From NCBI GenBank assembly GCA_040376695.1, contig JBEIQD010000004.1:1-57815 (forward strand): a stretch of DNA of 57,815 bases, read 5' to 3'. The position numbers and the translations under genes were made by a program. Below the pieces are notes generated by a model, which searched no databases, was not told the DNA's origin, and worked only from the letters and a program-made list of their open reading frames with translations. This stretch comes from Candidatus Nomurabacteria bacterium (GTDB taxonomy: Bacteria > Patescibacteriota > Minisyncoccia > Phycocordibacterales > UBA5272). Numbering within the stretch: position 1 is the stretch's first letter; each line of letters opens with the position of its first letter. Below are positions 51,019-57,815 of the stretch, in pieces.

Positions 51019-51561
51019 ATGAACTACTTTGGTAGACCGATTAAGTTCATATTCTCAAAAGACTTACACGGAAATACAACGAAAGGTGCATTCGATTTAA
51101 TCGCCACTCACCCAAGCGATATGGACTTCTTTAAGCGGACTACAATGAACCATGTAGTGCTGATGGGATATGCCACTTATATGACGTTAGAGAAGCCGTT
51201 GCCCGGCAGATTGAATGTTGTGTTCAGCGAACAAGATTTAGACAACACAGACTTACGAGAAGGGTTTCACTCGTTGCAATTTTCACACGAATTGATTCGA
51301 GATTTCTTAGATTTCGACCAAGACCGTATCGTATGGTGCATCGGAGGAGTTAATACGTTCGAAGCGCTTATTCGTATCACTCAGAGCTATCCTAGTGAAA
51401 TGATGATTACAACTTATAAGACGATTGTAGAAGACGGTAACCGACCGGCATCTTTCCTTGGAGAATTATCATCTGACGATAATTGGAAAGCATACCCTGT
51501 TCACATCGGGGAGAATATGGAGTTCGATATTAAACTATGGAAGATTAAAAGAAAGGTTTAA
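51019..51561 (+). CDS. folA: dihydrofolate reductase-like protein
   Basis: DMDFFKRTTMNHVVLMGYATYMTLEKPLPGRLNVVFS and IGGVNTFEALI fit the DHFR core; N-terminus is divergent. Confidence 0.6.
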   Translation: MNYFGRPIKFIFSKDLHGNTTKGAFDLIATHPSDMDFFKRTTMNHVVLMGYATYMTLEKPLPGRLNVVFSEQDLDNTDLREGFHSLQFSHELIRDFLDFDQDRIVWCIGGVNTFEALIRITQSYPSEMMITTYKTIVEDGNRPASFLGELSSDDNWKAYPVHIGENMEFDIKLWKIKRKV

Positions 51562-51572
51562 TATTCTGAGAA

Positions 51573-51593
51573 CGGGGTAAATACTACTATCAC
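51573..51593 (+). promoter_or_regulatory. Conserved box, exact copy (CGGGGTAAATACTACTATCAC)
   Basis: 18 nt upstream of ATG 51612. Confidence 0.6.
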
Positions 51594-51611
51594 ACTAAGG
51601 GAGACGATAAT

Positions 51612-51827
51612 ATGAAAAAAGAAGATTTGGTAATTGGGAAAACTTACTACTATAACGGAGAAGACGTAGGCTCGTTTATGCCGGCAGGAAACGTTAAAGT
51701 AACACGGGATGTTGTACAGCTTGACGAAGAAGAACGTGACATCAATTCGTTCGTATACAACGAAGAACTAGGTTTAAGTCAAGTTGTATTGAGCAGTTGT
51801 CTCTCAGAAATCGAAGGAGGAAACTAA
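51612..51827 (+). CDS. small paralog-array protein 1 (71 aa)
   Basis: Ends ...EIEGGN; the 19-nt junction gaaggaggaaactaatatg supplies the next SD and start. Confidence 0.55.
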   Translation: MKKEDLVIGKTYYYNGEDVGSFMPAGNVKVTRDVVQLDEEERDINSFVYNEELGLSQVVLSSCLSEIEGGN

Positions 51828-51828
51828 T

Positions 51829-52092
51829 ATGAAAATGACAGAAGTTAAAACAGGTATGAAAGTAGCGGCATTCGGAATTGCACCGGCAGACACGTTCTTC
51901 ACAGGAGCAGAAAATGGAGATAGCGGAACTGTACTAGTTGCTATCGGTGAACCACTTCCACGACACGAAAATTTAAAACCAGAATCAGAAGGTAAAATTT
52001 CAGAATACGTTTATGTCATCTTAGATAAAAACGGAGAGTTGCTTGTGCTTGACGAAACTCAATCGGTTGTAGTATTAGAAGGAGGAAACTAA
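51829..52092 (+). CDS. small paralog-array protein 2 (87 aa)
   Basis: VKTGMKVAAF...ADTFFTG...GDSGTVLV; ends VLEGGN with the identical junction. Confidence 0.55.
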   Translation: MKMTEVKTGMKVAAFGIAPADTFFTGAENGDSGTVLVAIGEPLPRHENLKPESEGKISEYVYVILDKNGELLVLDETQSVVVLEGGN

Positions 52093-52093
52093 T

Positions 52094-52360
52094 ATGGAAT
52101 TAACACAATTAAAACGGGGCGACAAAGTACGTGTAACTAAATTATCGGCGGCAGATGTTCAGTTTACAGATGTTCAACCGGGTGATTTACTGACGGTTCA
52201 CGCCGGGTTAAATGAGATTGTTCTTGCTCACGAAGAAATCAACGAAGCTATCCATGGTACACCAAATGTTTTTGGGGTAGTTATGGCTTTCTCATCAGAG
52301 GGGCAAGGGTTCTTGATTAGCGAGGAGAATGAAGTCGAGCTAGTATTGGAAGGGGAGTAA
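52094..52360 (+). CDS. small paralog-array protein 3 (88 aa)
   Basis: LKRGDKVRVT...ADVQFTD...GDLLTVH; ends VLEGE. Confidence 0.55.
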   Translation: MELTQLKRGDKVRVTKLSAADVQFTDVQPGDLLTVHAGLNEIVLAHEEINEAIHGTPNVFGVVMAFSSEGQGFLISEENEVELVLEGE

Positions 52361-52362
52361 TT

Positions 52363-52572
52363 ATGAAAAAGAAAAATGCCCGTTTAGGGATGAAGGTTCA
52401 GATTAAAGATGGAGCTTGGCTAGTCGAAGATACTAAAGTCGGAGATGTTCTGACTGTAACCCGATTAACACCTTTTGGTATGTGGCTAGCTGAAAAAGGT
52501 AAAACAACCGGTGAAGCTCATTTCTACACTTACAACGAAGTTCGGCAGGTGAGAGGTCATGCCTATCTATAA
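52363..52572 (+). CDS. small paralog-array protein 4 (69 aa)
   Basis: RLGMKVQIKDG...VGDVLTVT. Confidence 0.5.
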   Translation: MKKKNARLGMKVQIKDGAWLVEDTKVGDVLTVTRLTPFGMWLAEKGKTTGEAHFYTYNEVRQVRGHAYL

Positions 52573-52822
52573 GGAAGGTGATTACGTCCAAGTAACGAGT
52601 CTATATACCATAGACTCTTATTTGGGTCTTGAAGTCGGTGATATTTTCTGCATCGAGAAAGATTGCCCACATGAAGGTGGAATTTTATTCCGACCTAATG
52701 GAAACACAGCTCTCTCTGCTAGGGAGTTTGCAAGTGAAGAAGATGATGGTTGTTATGTTCTATTATATAGTCAGATTGAGCCGGTCAACTCACTAGTAGG
52801 AGAAATGTTTAGAAAGAATTAA
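52559..52822 (+). CDS. small paralog-array protein 5 (87 aa)
   Basis: YKEGDYVQVT...VGDIFCIE. Confidence 0.5.
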   Translation: MPIYKEGDYVQVTSLYTIDSYLGLEVGDIFCIEKDCPHEGGILFRPNGNTALSAREFASEEDDGCYVLLYSQIEPVNSLVGEMFRKN

Positions 52823-52823
52823 C

Positions 52824-52844
52824 CCGGGTATAACTATTATAAGG
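52824..52844 (+). promoter_or_regulatory. Conserved box (CCGGGTATAACTATTATAAGG) fused to the SD
   Basis: Its 3' end runs into AAGGAGGTG, 12 nt before ATG 52857. Confidence 0.55.
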
Positions 52845-52856
52845 AGGTGAAAGAAA

Positions 52857-53141
52857 ATGCTAAACGCTAACCCAAGACAATTCTTCAACTACAAGATGAA
52901 GGGTCGTCGTGCTAGGATTCGTAACCAGAAGCGCTCGAAGCATTACCGTTCGAGGTTAGACCGTTCTCTTGATAAAGCCGATTTAACCAAAAAACTCAAA
53001 CAGGAAGAATCCCTAAAACGTCCTATGCGCCCTATGTATCGAACCGAGGGGTTAGCTAAGGCACAAAGCGAGTCGGCAACGTTCTTACTATTCTTCATCA
53101 TCGTTGCAGTCATTATGGGAATCTTAGTTGACATTATGTAA
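52857..53141 (+). CDS. tail-anchored membrane protein with a basic N-terminus (94 aa)
   Basis: KGRRARIRNQKRSKHYRSR... then C-terminal TM FLLFFIIVAVIMGILV. Confidence 0.5.
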   Translation: MLNANPRQFFNYKMKGRRARIRNQKRSKHYRSRLDRSLDKADLTKKLKQEESLKRPMRPMYRTEGLAKAQSESATFLLFFIIVAVIMGILVDIM

Positions 53142-53152
53142 GGAGTGATAGG

Positions 53153-53488
53153 ATGCACTTAGAAGAATATCAAGATGCAGTAACACGAACAATGAATAAG
53201 AAAGCGCCCCGAGAGCAAGCTCTATCTAATTATGCGATGGGTTTAGCCGGGGAGTCTGGTGAAGTATTGGAGATGTTAAAGAAGCACATTTACCACGGTC
53301 ACACGCTGAGTTCAACGGAGATGAAGAAAGAATTAGGGGATGTACTTTGGTATCTGACGGCTATTGCCGAGGAGCTAGAGATTGATATGCCAGAAGTGGC
53401 TAGTCGAAACGTGAGGAAGTTACAAGCTCGTTACCCGGATGGGTTCGATGCTGAGTTATCACAAAAGCGAGATACAGAGAGAGAATGA
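53153..53488 (+). CDS. mazG: MazG-like nucleoside triphosphate pyrophosphohydrolase
   Basis: GLAGESGEVLEMLKKH...ELGDVLWYL...RNVRKLQARYPDGF. Confidence 0.8.
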   Translation: MHLEEYQDAVTRTMNKKAPREQALSNYAMGLAGESGEVLEMLKKHIYHGHTLSSTEMKKELGDVLWYLTAIAEELEIDMPEVASRNVRKLQARYPDGFDAELSQKRDTERE

Positions 53489-53682
53489 AGATGACACTAA
53501 CCGTGCTTTTAACGTTCATAGCGATTATGATTCTGTTAAAGTACGGTTTAGTTTGGGTTGCTTTAGGGTCATACTTCCTCACATTCCTTATTACTCTATA
53601 CTATCCTAAACTGATGGACTTCCGATTATTGTGGGGTATCTTGTTTGTCTTGTTACTATTAATTCAACTAAAGGGAGGATGA
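53485..53682 (+). CDS. small membrane protein (65 aa, 2-3 TM)
   Basis: Hydrophobic throughout. Confidence 0.5.
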   Translation: MKMTLTVLLTFIAIMILLKYGLVWVALGSYFLTFLITLYYPKLMDFRLLWGILFVLLLLIQLKGG

Positions 53683-53687
53683 AGGTT

Positions 53688-53876
53688 ATGAACATCTATG
53701 AGTACGAGTTATATGGGCGCTATACATTCGAGAAAGGTGGTACAGGGAAAGCACCGATGTCGTTTACCGGGTTTATGCAGGTATTAAAGCACCGGCTCGC
53801 TAATGATAGTCGGAAGGATGAAATGGTTACAAAAGAGTTACAGATGGAGATTGCTATTGAAATGGGGCGGGAGTAA
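53688..53876 (+). CDS. hypothetical protein (62 aa)
   Basis: ATG 53688 after GGGAGGATGAAGGTT; the track ORF starts at 53631. Confidence 0.5.
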   Translation: MNIYEYELYGRYTFEKGGTGKAPMSFTGFMQVLKHRLANDSRKDEMVTKELQMEIAIEMGRE

Positions 53877-54049
53877 TGGCAATCGCATACCTTGTTGAAG
53901 TCGAACGAGAGCGGAAGATGCTTGGTCAAGAGAACCCTTTAATACGAATCGTTCAAGCGAATGACTTAGATGATTTCTTTTATGAACACGTTGGAAAAAC
54001 AGATTCGGTAACAGTTAGGCAGGTGGAAATGTATAAGCCATGTTTATAA
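53876..54049 (+). CDS. hypothetical protein (57 aa, below the track cutoff)
   Basis: Hand-translated MAIAYLVEVERERKML...VEMYKPCL; TAATG overlap. Confidence 0.45.
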   Translation: MAIAYLVEVERERKMLGQENPLIRIVQANDLDDFFYEHVGKTDSVTVRQVEMYKPCL

Positions 54050-54058
54050 CCCCGGCAA

Positions 54059-54079
54059 CGGGGTATACATATAATAAGG
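54059..54079 (+). promoter_or_regulatory. Conserved box (CGGGGTATACATATAATAAGG) fused to the SD; its GGGG forms a hairpin with the upstream CCCC
   Basis: CCCCG-gcaa-CGGGG at 54050..54063. Confidence 0.55.
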
Positions 54080-54090
54080 AGGTGGAATGG

Positions 54091-54327
54091 TTGAAGCCGT
54101 ATGCTGAACAAACTAAAACATATGATAACGGGAGAGGTAAGTTGTTCACTATCAGACTCTTTTGCCAAGGCACTTATGATTTCACTATCAAGGATTACGG
54201 TGGCAATACAGTATATCTTATAACAGCTATAGACGTTCATTATGTACACGAATGTGTACGAGAAATGAGGGGATGGCATGACAATCAAGGAATTGAACCA
54301 ACGTCAATGGACTCCTTACCGGGATGA
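54091..54327 (+). CDS. hypothetical protein (78 aa, TTG start)
   Basis: TTG 8 nt after AAGGAGG; the track ORF starts at 54040 upstream of the box. Confidence 0.45.
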   Translation: MKPYAEQTKTYDNGRGKLFTIRLFCQGTYDFTIKDYGGNTVYLITAIDVHYVHECVREMRGWHDNQGIEPTSMDSLPG

Positions 54328-54577
54328 TTTACTAGCGAAGTTACAATGCGAGTTACAGCCGAGTAAGATTGTTCGTAAGAGCGATGGCTTGCTCTCTATC
54401 CGTGGGGCTGACATGGTGATAGATTTTAACATTGAGCGGCTAGAGTTATTCGTTGTAAACCGGGAACGAGGAGGAGCAGGCAGAATCAGCTTAGACAAAT
54501 TAAAAAGAATCGACACGATTCTATTCTGGTGGGCTATCGACCATGGTTTCCACCAAGGGGAGGTGATGGCACGATGA
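54278..54577 (+). CDS. hypothetical protein (99 aa)
   Basis: ORF, overlaps its neighbour. Confidence 0.5.
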   Translation: MTIKELNQRQWTPYRDDLLAKLQCELQPSKIVRKSDGLLSIRGADMVIDFNIERLELFVVNRERGGAGRISLDKLKRIDTILFWWAIDHGFHQGEVMAR

Positions 54578-54738
54578 TTGTAAACTTTTTGATAGGTATG
54601 TTCATCTGGACATTCTACTTTTACCTTCTGTTCTATCTCACTAAACAAGAGGTAACCGACATGAAGCTACTGAGGTTTGTAGTTGTGACAGGATGGGTAT
54701 TTATGATTATACGGTTGATTACAACTAATTTCTTATAA
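54574..54738 (+). CDS. small membrane protein (54 aa)
   Basis: ATGA overlap; FLIGMFIWTFYFYLLFYL and VVVTGWVFMIIRLI. Confidence 0.5.
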   Translation: MIVNFLIGMFIWTFYFYLLFYLTKQEVTDMKLLRFVVVTGWVFMIIRLITTNFL

Positions 54739-54753
54739 AAGGAGATGGACAGT

Positions 54754-54960
54754 ATGAAGTTGAAGTTTAAAAAAGGTGATGTGGTAATTGTAAAAGAGAA
54801 TACGACTTCCGGGTTCTGCGCTGGAACGGTTGTTCGTATTGAAAGCGTTCGCTATGATGACGAGAATTACAAAAGCTATCTTGTTCAAACACTGGATGGT
54901 ACATCAAAAAAGTACCATGACCAAGAAGACTTACGAAAAATTAAGGGGTGGGATAAATGA
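54754..54960 (+). CDS. small beta-barrel (KxGD) family protein
   Basis: KFKKGDVVIVKENTTSGFCAGTVVRIESV...DLRKIKGWDK. Confidence 0.55.
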   Translation: MKLKFKKGDVVIVKENTTSGFCAGTVVRIESVRYDDENYKSYLVQTLDGTSKKYHDQEDLRKIKGWDK

Positions 54961-55193
54961 CATTAAAAGAATTGCTAGCTGAGAGCGGAGCGGCTGTCTC
55001 TGCTACTATCGAGGGTGAAGATGGTATTGATTACAAGTTTGTATTCACCGTCCAAGATGACGAAGTTGAGTGTGTAACGTTTGCAGTTGTAGCAGGACAT
55101 GAGATGGTTGTTGCAATGGGTCACGAATTTGAAATGCAGATGTTTGAAAAACTTTCAAAACAGATGGGAGATGTATCAGATGACGAAATTTAA
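54957..55193 (+). CDS. acidic hypothetical protein (78 aa)
   Basis: ORF with ATGA overlap. Confidence 0.5.
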   Translation: MTLKELLAESGAAVSATIEGEDGIDYKFVFTVQDDEVECVTFAVVAGHEMVVAMGHEFEMQMFEKLSKQMGDVSDDEI

Positions 55194-55605
55194 AGTTGGT
55201 GATGTAGTAGTGGTAAAAGAAAATACGAGCGGTGGTCACCCGGCAGGAACAATTGCAAAAGTCATTGGTGTACGACCTAGTGGTGGTGTTGATATTATTG
55301 GATTACCGGGAAGCCGTTACACTTTCTCGTTAGTGCATGATAAAGGCGACTTACGGAAGATTGCTAAGTTTGATAAGGCTGTAAGCGGTGCTGACCAAAA
55401 AGAAGTCCTAAACATCAAACCGGGGGATGTAGTAATCATCAAAGAAAATCGCTCTGGAGGTCATTCGGCAGGAACTCTTGGTCGTGTCAAATCAGTCAGT
55501 TTCGATGGAGGACAAGTACAGGTAGCTGAGCTGTCAAAAGGTTGGGGAAAAACTTATTTGCATACGATGAAAGAGTTACGGAAGATTAAAGGGTACGACA
55601 AATGA
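55180..55605 (+). CDS. tandem-duplicated KxGD beta-barrel family protein (141 aa)
   Basis: FKVGDVVVVKENTSGGHPAGT...DLRKIAKFDK and IKPGDVVIIKENRSGGHSAGT...ELRKIKGYDK. Confidence 0.55.
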   Translation: MTKFKVGDVVVVKENTSGGHPAGTIAKVIGVRPSGGVDIIGLPGSRYTFSLVHDKGDLRKIAKFDKAVSGADQKEVLNIKPGDVVIIKENRSGGHSAGTLGRVKSVSFDGGQVQVAELSKGWGKTYLHTMKELRKIKGYDK

Positions 55606-55778
55606 AATCACTAACCCGGAAGTTAGCGGATGGTACAACCATTCGTGCATCTCTCTCCTCGAAAGGGGAGGGGGATTTTACAATCTGGCGTAAAGAAGGA
55701 ATTGAAGCCAAACTAATCACAGAGTCAGAAGCGGTTGAAGCGCTGAATATGATTAAGGAGATGAAGCAAGGTGAGTAA
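55602..55778 (+). CDS. hypothetical protein (58 aa, below the track cutoff)
   Basis: Hand-translated MKSLTRKLADGTTIRASLSSKGEGDFTIWRKEG... Confidence 0.4.
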   Translation: MKSLTRKLADGTTIRASLSSKGEGDFTIWRKEGIEAKLITESEAVEALNMIKEMKQGE

Positions 55779-55959
55779 TTTAGAAACTTTAAAAAGAAAC
55801 TGCCAATCGAGAATTAGATTTTTAAACATGGATATAGACGAGTTAGAAGAACGTGAATCTTGCTCGTATGCTTTAGCAGAGGAAGCTGTTATGAAAGCTA
55901 AGATTGAACAACTAAGAGAGGTCATCAAGTGGATTAAAGGGATGGATGACAGCCTATGA
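55771..55959 (+). CDS. hypothetical coiled-coil protein (62 aa, GTG start)
   Basis: Track ORF. Confidence 0.45.
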   Translation: MSNLETLKRNCQSRIRFLNMDIDELEERESCSYALAEEAVMKAKIEQLREVIKWIKGMDDSL

Positions 55960-56036
55960 GTGAACTATTAGCTATGATAGTATTCGGAATCGTTATAGGG
56001 CGCTTATGGTGGCACGTTAGGGGGTTACGACGGTGA
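55956..56036 (+). CDS. 26-aa single-TM micro-protein
   Basis: MSELLAMIVFGIVIGRLWWHVRGLRR; ATGA overlap on both sides. Confidence 0.35.
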   Translation: MSELLAMIVFGIVIGRLWWHVRGLRR

Positions 56037-56386
56037 CAATGTACGATAAACAGTGGACAATTGAACAACACTTTGCCGATTTAGAGAAAAAGAAGCTAGC
56101 TCTCCGAAAGATTACCGAATACCATGAGGAAGAAGCCGCTAAAAGCCGTGCTAGAGAACGCCACCTAGTTGAGACACACCTTAGCATTGCCACAGACCTT
56201 ATCGACGGTCTATGGTGGGAAATAGACGACATAGAGTGCGCTTTAAACGAACGAGACAGCCTATTCTTCATAAAAGAGCAGGTAAAACGTAATGAATTGT
56301 GGTCTGAATGGGTCGATAAAAGGCTCGAAATCATTCGTTTGATGAAGTTAGAAAGAGAACTAGAAGCGTGTTTAGAAGCCCTCTAA
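56033..56386 (+). CDS. hypothetical coiled-coil protein (117 aa)
   Basis: Track ORF. Confidence 0.5.
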   Translation: MTMYDKQWTIEQHFADLEKKKLALRKITEYHEEEAAKSRARERHLVETHLSIATDLIDGLWWEIDDIECALNERDSLFFIKEQVKRNELWSEWVDKRLEIIRLMKLERELEACLEAL

Positions 56387-56408
56387 CGAGGGTATACATA
56401 CTATAAGG
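56387..56408 (+). promoter_or_regulatory. Conserved box (CGAGGGTATACATACTATAAGG) fused to the SD
   Basis: Runs into AAGGAGGTG, 10 nt before ATG 56419. Confidence 0.55.
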
Positions 56409-56418
56409 AGGTGCAAAT

Positions 56419-56529
56419 ATGGTCGGGTGTATGGAAAACATTGCTTCTATCATCTTATTGAGTATAGGAATTATCGTGATTCTTTTAATACCGCTAATGT
56501 TTTATGTTATTTGGAGAGATTACATTTGA
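56419..56529 (+). CDS. 36-aa single-TM micro-protein
   Basis: MVGCMENIASIILLSIGIIVILLIPLMFYVIWRDYI; strong SD. Confidence 0.45.
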   Translation: MVGCMENIASIILLSIGIIVILLIPLMFYVIWRDYI

Positions 56530-56558
56530 TGAAAATTTGATTTTAGGAGGTGGATAAG

Positions 56559-56663
56559 GTGAAAAATGTAGATAAATTCGGTATAGCGGTAGGCGCTTTA
56601 TGGACTGGATGGATTATTTTCTTAATTGTTCTTGGTTTGCATATAGGAGGTGCTTTTAATTGA
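56559..56663 (+). CDS. 34-aa single-TM micro-protein (GTG start)
   Basis: VKNVDKFGIAVGALWTGWIIFLIVLGLHIGGAFN; TAGGAGGTGG upstream. Confidence 0.4.
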   Translation: MKNVDKFGIAVGALWTGWIIFLIVLGLHIGGAFN

Positions 56664-56956
56664 AGATTTACGCTGAGGAATACAATTGGCAGAATGACAT
56701 CAAGTTAGTAGAAGTCCGGCTCTTTGCTATTGCAGGTAACTGGTACGAAGATTACGAAGCACATGACGGGCTTTTCTTTAACGAGTTATACACCAGTTAT
56801 CGAGCGGCGAGTATGGCACTGTTAGAGCAGGGTTATCATATTGAGTTTGCCCATTGGGAACATCGGGTATATGGTCATCAAGAGATAGATTTTGTTAAAG
56901 ATTTCGATGATTGTGTTCATGTAGTCAGAATTGAAGAAATGGAGGTAGTAAAATGA
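56660..56956 (+). CDS. hypothetical protein (98 aa, TTG start)
   Basis: Track ORF; ATAGGAGGTG SD. Confidence 0.5.
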   Translation: MKIYAEEYNWQNDIKLVEVRLFAIAGNWYEDYEAHDGLFFNELYTSYRAASMALLEQGYHIEFAHWEHRVYGHQEIDFVKDFDDCVHVVRIEEMEVVK

Positions 56957-57216
56957 GATACGGAATCACGCTTTATACAGAAAAAGGGGTTAACCCGGAG
57001 TTACCGGAGACGAAAAAAGGGTGGAGAAAATGTCGTATTACAGGGCTTTGGTTCGATTCAGTAGCATCTTTCTCCTTGGAGGAAGCCGATAAGCTCTTAA
57101 CGGAAGCAGGATATGTATTTGATGAAATTGATGCAGAAGGTTGGCACACTTACTTTAAAGGTGGCAAAGAAGACGGATTTATGGCTGAAATCACCATCTT
57201 GGAGGGCGAACTATGA
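56953..57216 (+). CDS. hypothetical protein (87 aa)
   Basis: Track ORF; ATGA overlap. Confidence 0.5.
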   Translation: MRYGITLYTEKGVNPELPETKKGWRKCRITGLWFDSVASFSLEEADKLLTEAGYVFDEIDAEGWHTYFKGGKEDGFMAEITILEGEL

Positions 57217-57323
57217 GACAGCTAGCTCTAGCTTTCCTCTTATTATGTATTGTATGGCTTGCAGGCTCAGTTTTAAGTATGCTGACGGTATATTGGGTGT
57301 TTAGAATGATTACAGGGGGTTAA
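57213..57323 (+). CDS. 36-aa single-TM micro-protein
   Basis: MRQLALAFLLLCIVWLAGSVLSMLTVYWVFRMITGG; ATGA overlap. Confidence 0.4.
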   Translation: MRQLALAFLLLCIVWLAGSVLSMLTVYWVFRMITGG

Positions 57324-57443
57324 ATGATGGAAATAGTTATTGGCTTTCTCATTGCTTTCTTTGTCGGAGCCGGGTTTTACACTTTTGTAATCGGTATAGC
57401 TTATGGAATTGACTCTATATTAGGCAGAAAGGGGAGAAAATGA
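57324..57443 (+). CDS. 39-aa single-TM micro-protein
   Basis: MMEIVIGFLIAFFVGAGFYTFVIGIAYGIDSILGRKGRK. Confidence 0.4.
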   Translation: MMEIVIGFLIAFFVGAGFYTFVIGIAYGIDSILGRKGRK

Positions 57444-57667
57444 TGGTTGAAATGGGGTTAAACTTTATTATATTCGGCATTCTCACTGGATTTGCTACAG
57501 TCATTCCTATAACGATAGTAGGAGACGCTAACACCGAGGACGGGCTTTTGCAGTTACCCGGCTATCTCGCTAAATTGTTCCAAGTGTTCACAGCAATGAT
57601 GATTGTACTGGCTTTAGCAGGGGTTATAGTGGGGTTAACAATGGTGGGAATGGGGGTTATATTATGA
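57440..57667 (+). CDS. small membrane protein (75 aa, 2-3 TM)
   Basis: Track ORF, hydrophobic. Confidence 0.5.
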   Translation: MMVEMGLNFIIFGILTGFATVIPITIVGDANTEDGLLQLPGYLAKLFQVFTAMMIVLALAGVIVGLTMVGMGVIL

Positions 57668-57815
57668 CTAATCAGTTCTTTTACGAGTTACTAATCGTCA
57701 TGCTCATTGCAGTACCGGTTACTTTAGTTTTAGGAGTTTTAACCAATCTAGTTTGGGGAGACTCGTTATTTAGTGATATGGGCGCTTTCTACTTCATTAC
57801 AGCCGGGTCGCTTAA
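57664..57815 (+). CDS. small hydrophobic membrane protein, 5' part (continues at nt 142..175 of the circular unit)
   Basis: ATGA overlap with the upstream ORF; runs off the window end inside the terminal repeat. Confidence 0.5.
   Translation, partial: MTNQFFYELLIVMLIAVPVTLVLGVLTNLVWGDSLFSDMGAFYFITAGSL
57675..57815. repeat. Terminal direct repeat copy 2 (identical to 1..141)
   Basis: Exact 141-nt match to the window start. Confidence 0.95.

Noticed and set aside
1-57815. Search for tRNA, rRNA or tmRNA genes.
   Set aside because: No T-loop-like GGTTCGAAT/GTTCAAATC signatures or cloverleaf-sized GC-rich segments were seen in intergenic DNA. This was a by-eye scan only, so tRNAscan-SE should confirm it.

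Overview
The window is one complete, circularly closed dsDNA tailed-phage genome. It is siphovirus-like, with strong AGGAGG-type SD sites typical of a Gram-positive/Bacillota host. Nt 1-141 are repeated exactly at 57675-57815, so the unit length is 57,674 bp. All functional calls come from motifs read by eye in the ORF track and DNA; no database search was run.

Layout:
- The minus strand (43.4 kb down to 2.1 kb) carries head and tail morphogenesis: prohead protease-scaffold, decoration protein, major capsid, connectors, major tail, G/GT chaperone, tape measure and two beta-helix tailspikes.
- It then carries a lysis cassette: amidase, glucosaminidase and two holin-like genes.
- Next is a replication and nucleotide block: SSB-like, DnaB, DnaG, class I RNR plus redoxin, DnaE Pol III alpha, three PD-(D/E)XK-type nucleases, a sigma-like factor and a dNMP kinase. 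Small early genes follow.
- The plus strand (43.7 kb through the junction to 0.27 kb) carries dCMP deaminase, ThyA, terminase, a DHFR-like gene, MazG and many tiny ORFs.
- Portal and the MuF-like gene sit as an inverted island at 44.8-47.1 kb.
- I found no integrase, repressor, tRNA, rRNA or CRISPR array.

Main leads:
1. A canonical -1 slippery heptamer sits two codons before the portal stop. A slip there would fuse portal to the start-codon-less MuF-like protein.
2. A 20-nt box (CGGGGTAwAtAyTAcTATcA) occurs about 20 times, always oriented toward the gene immediately downstream. The phage also encodes a sigma-like factor.
3. A 1.8-kb ORF-free region (270-2082) is built from more than 35 short repeats that resemble pieces of that box. 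It includes an iteron plus AT-rich arrangement and a consensus promoter driving a CU-rich candidate sRNA.
4. Two copies of a composite non-coding module each contain an array of T/A-tracts phased at about 11.5 bp.
5. Three evenly spaced 16-bp palindromes look like operators.
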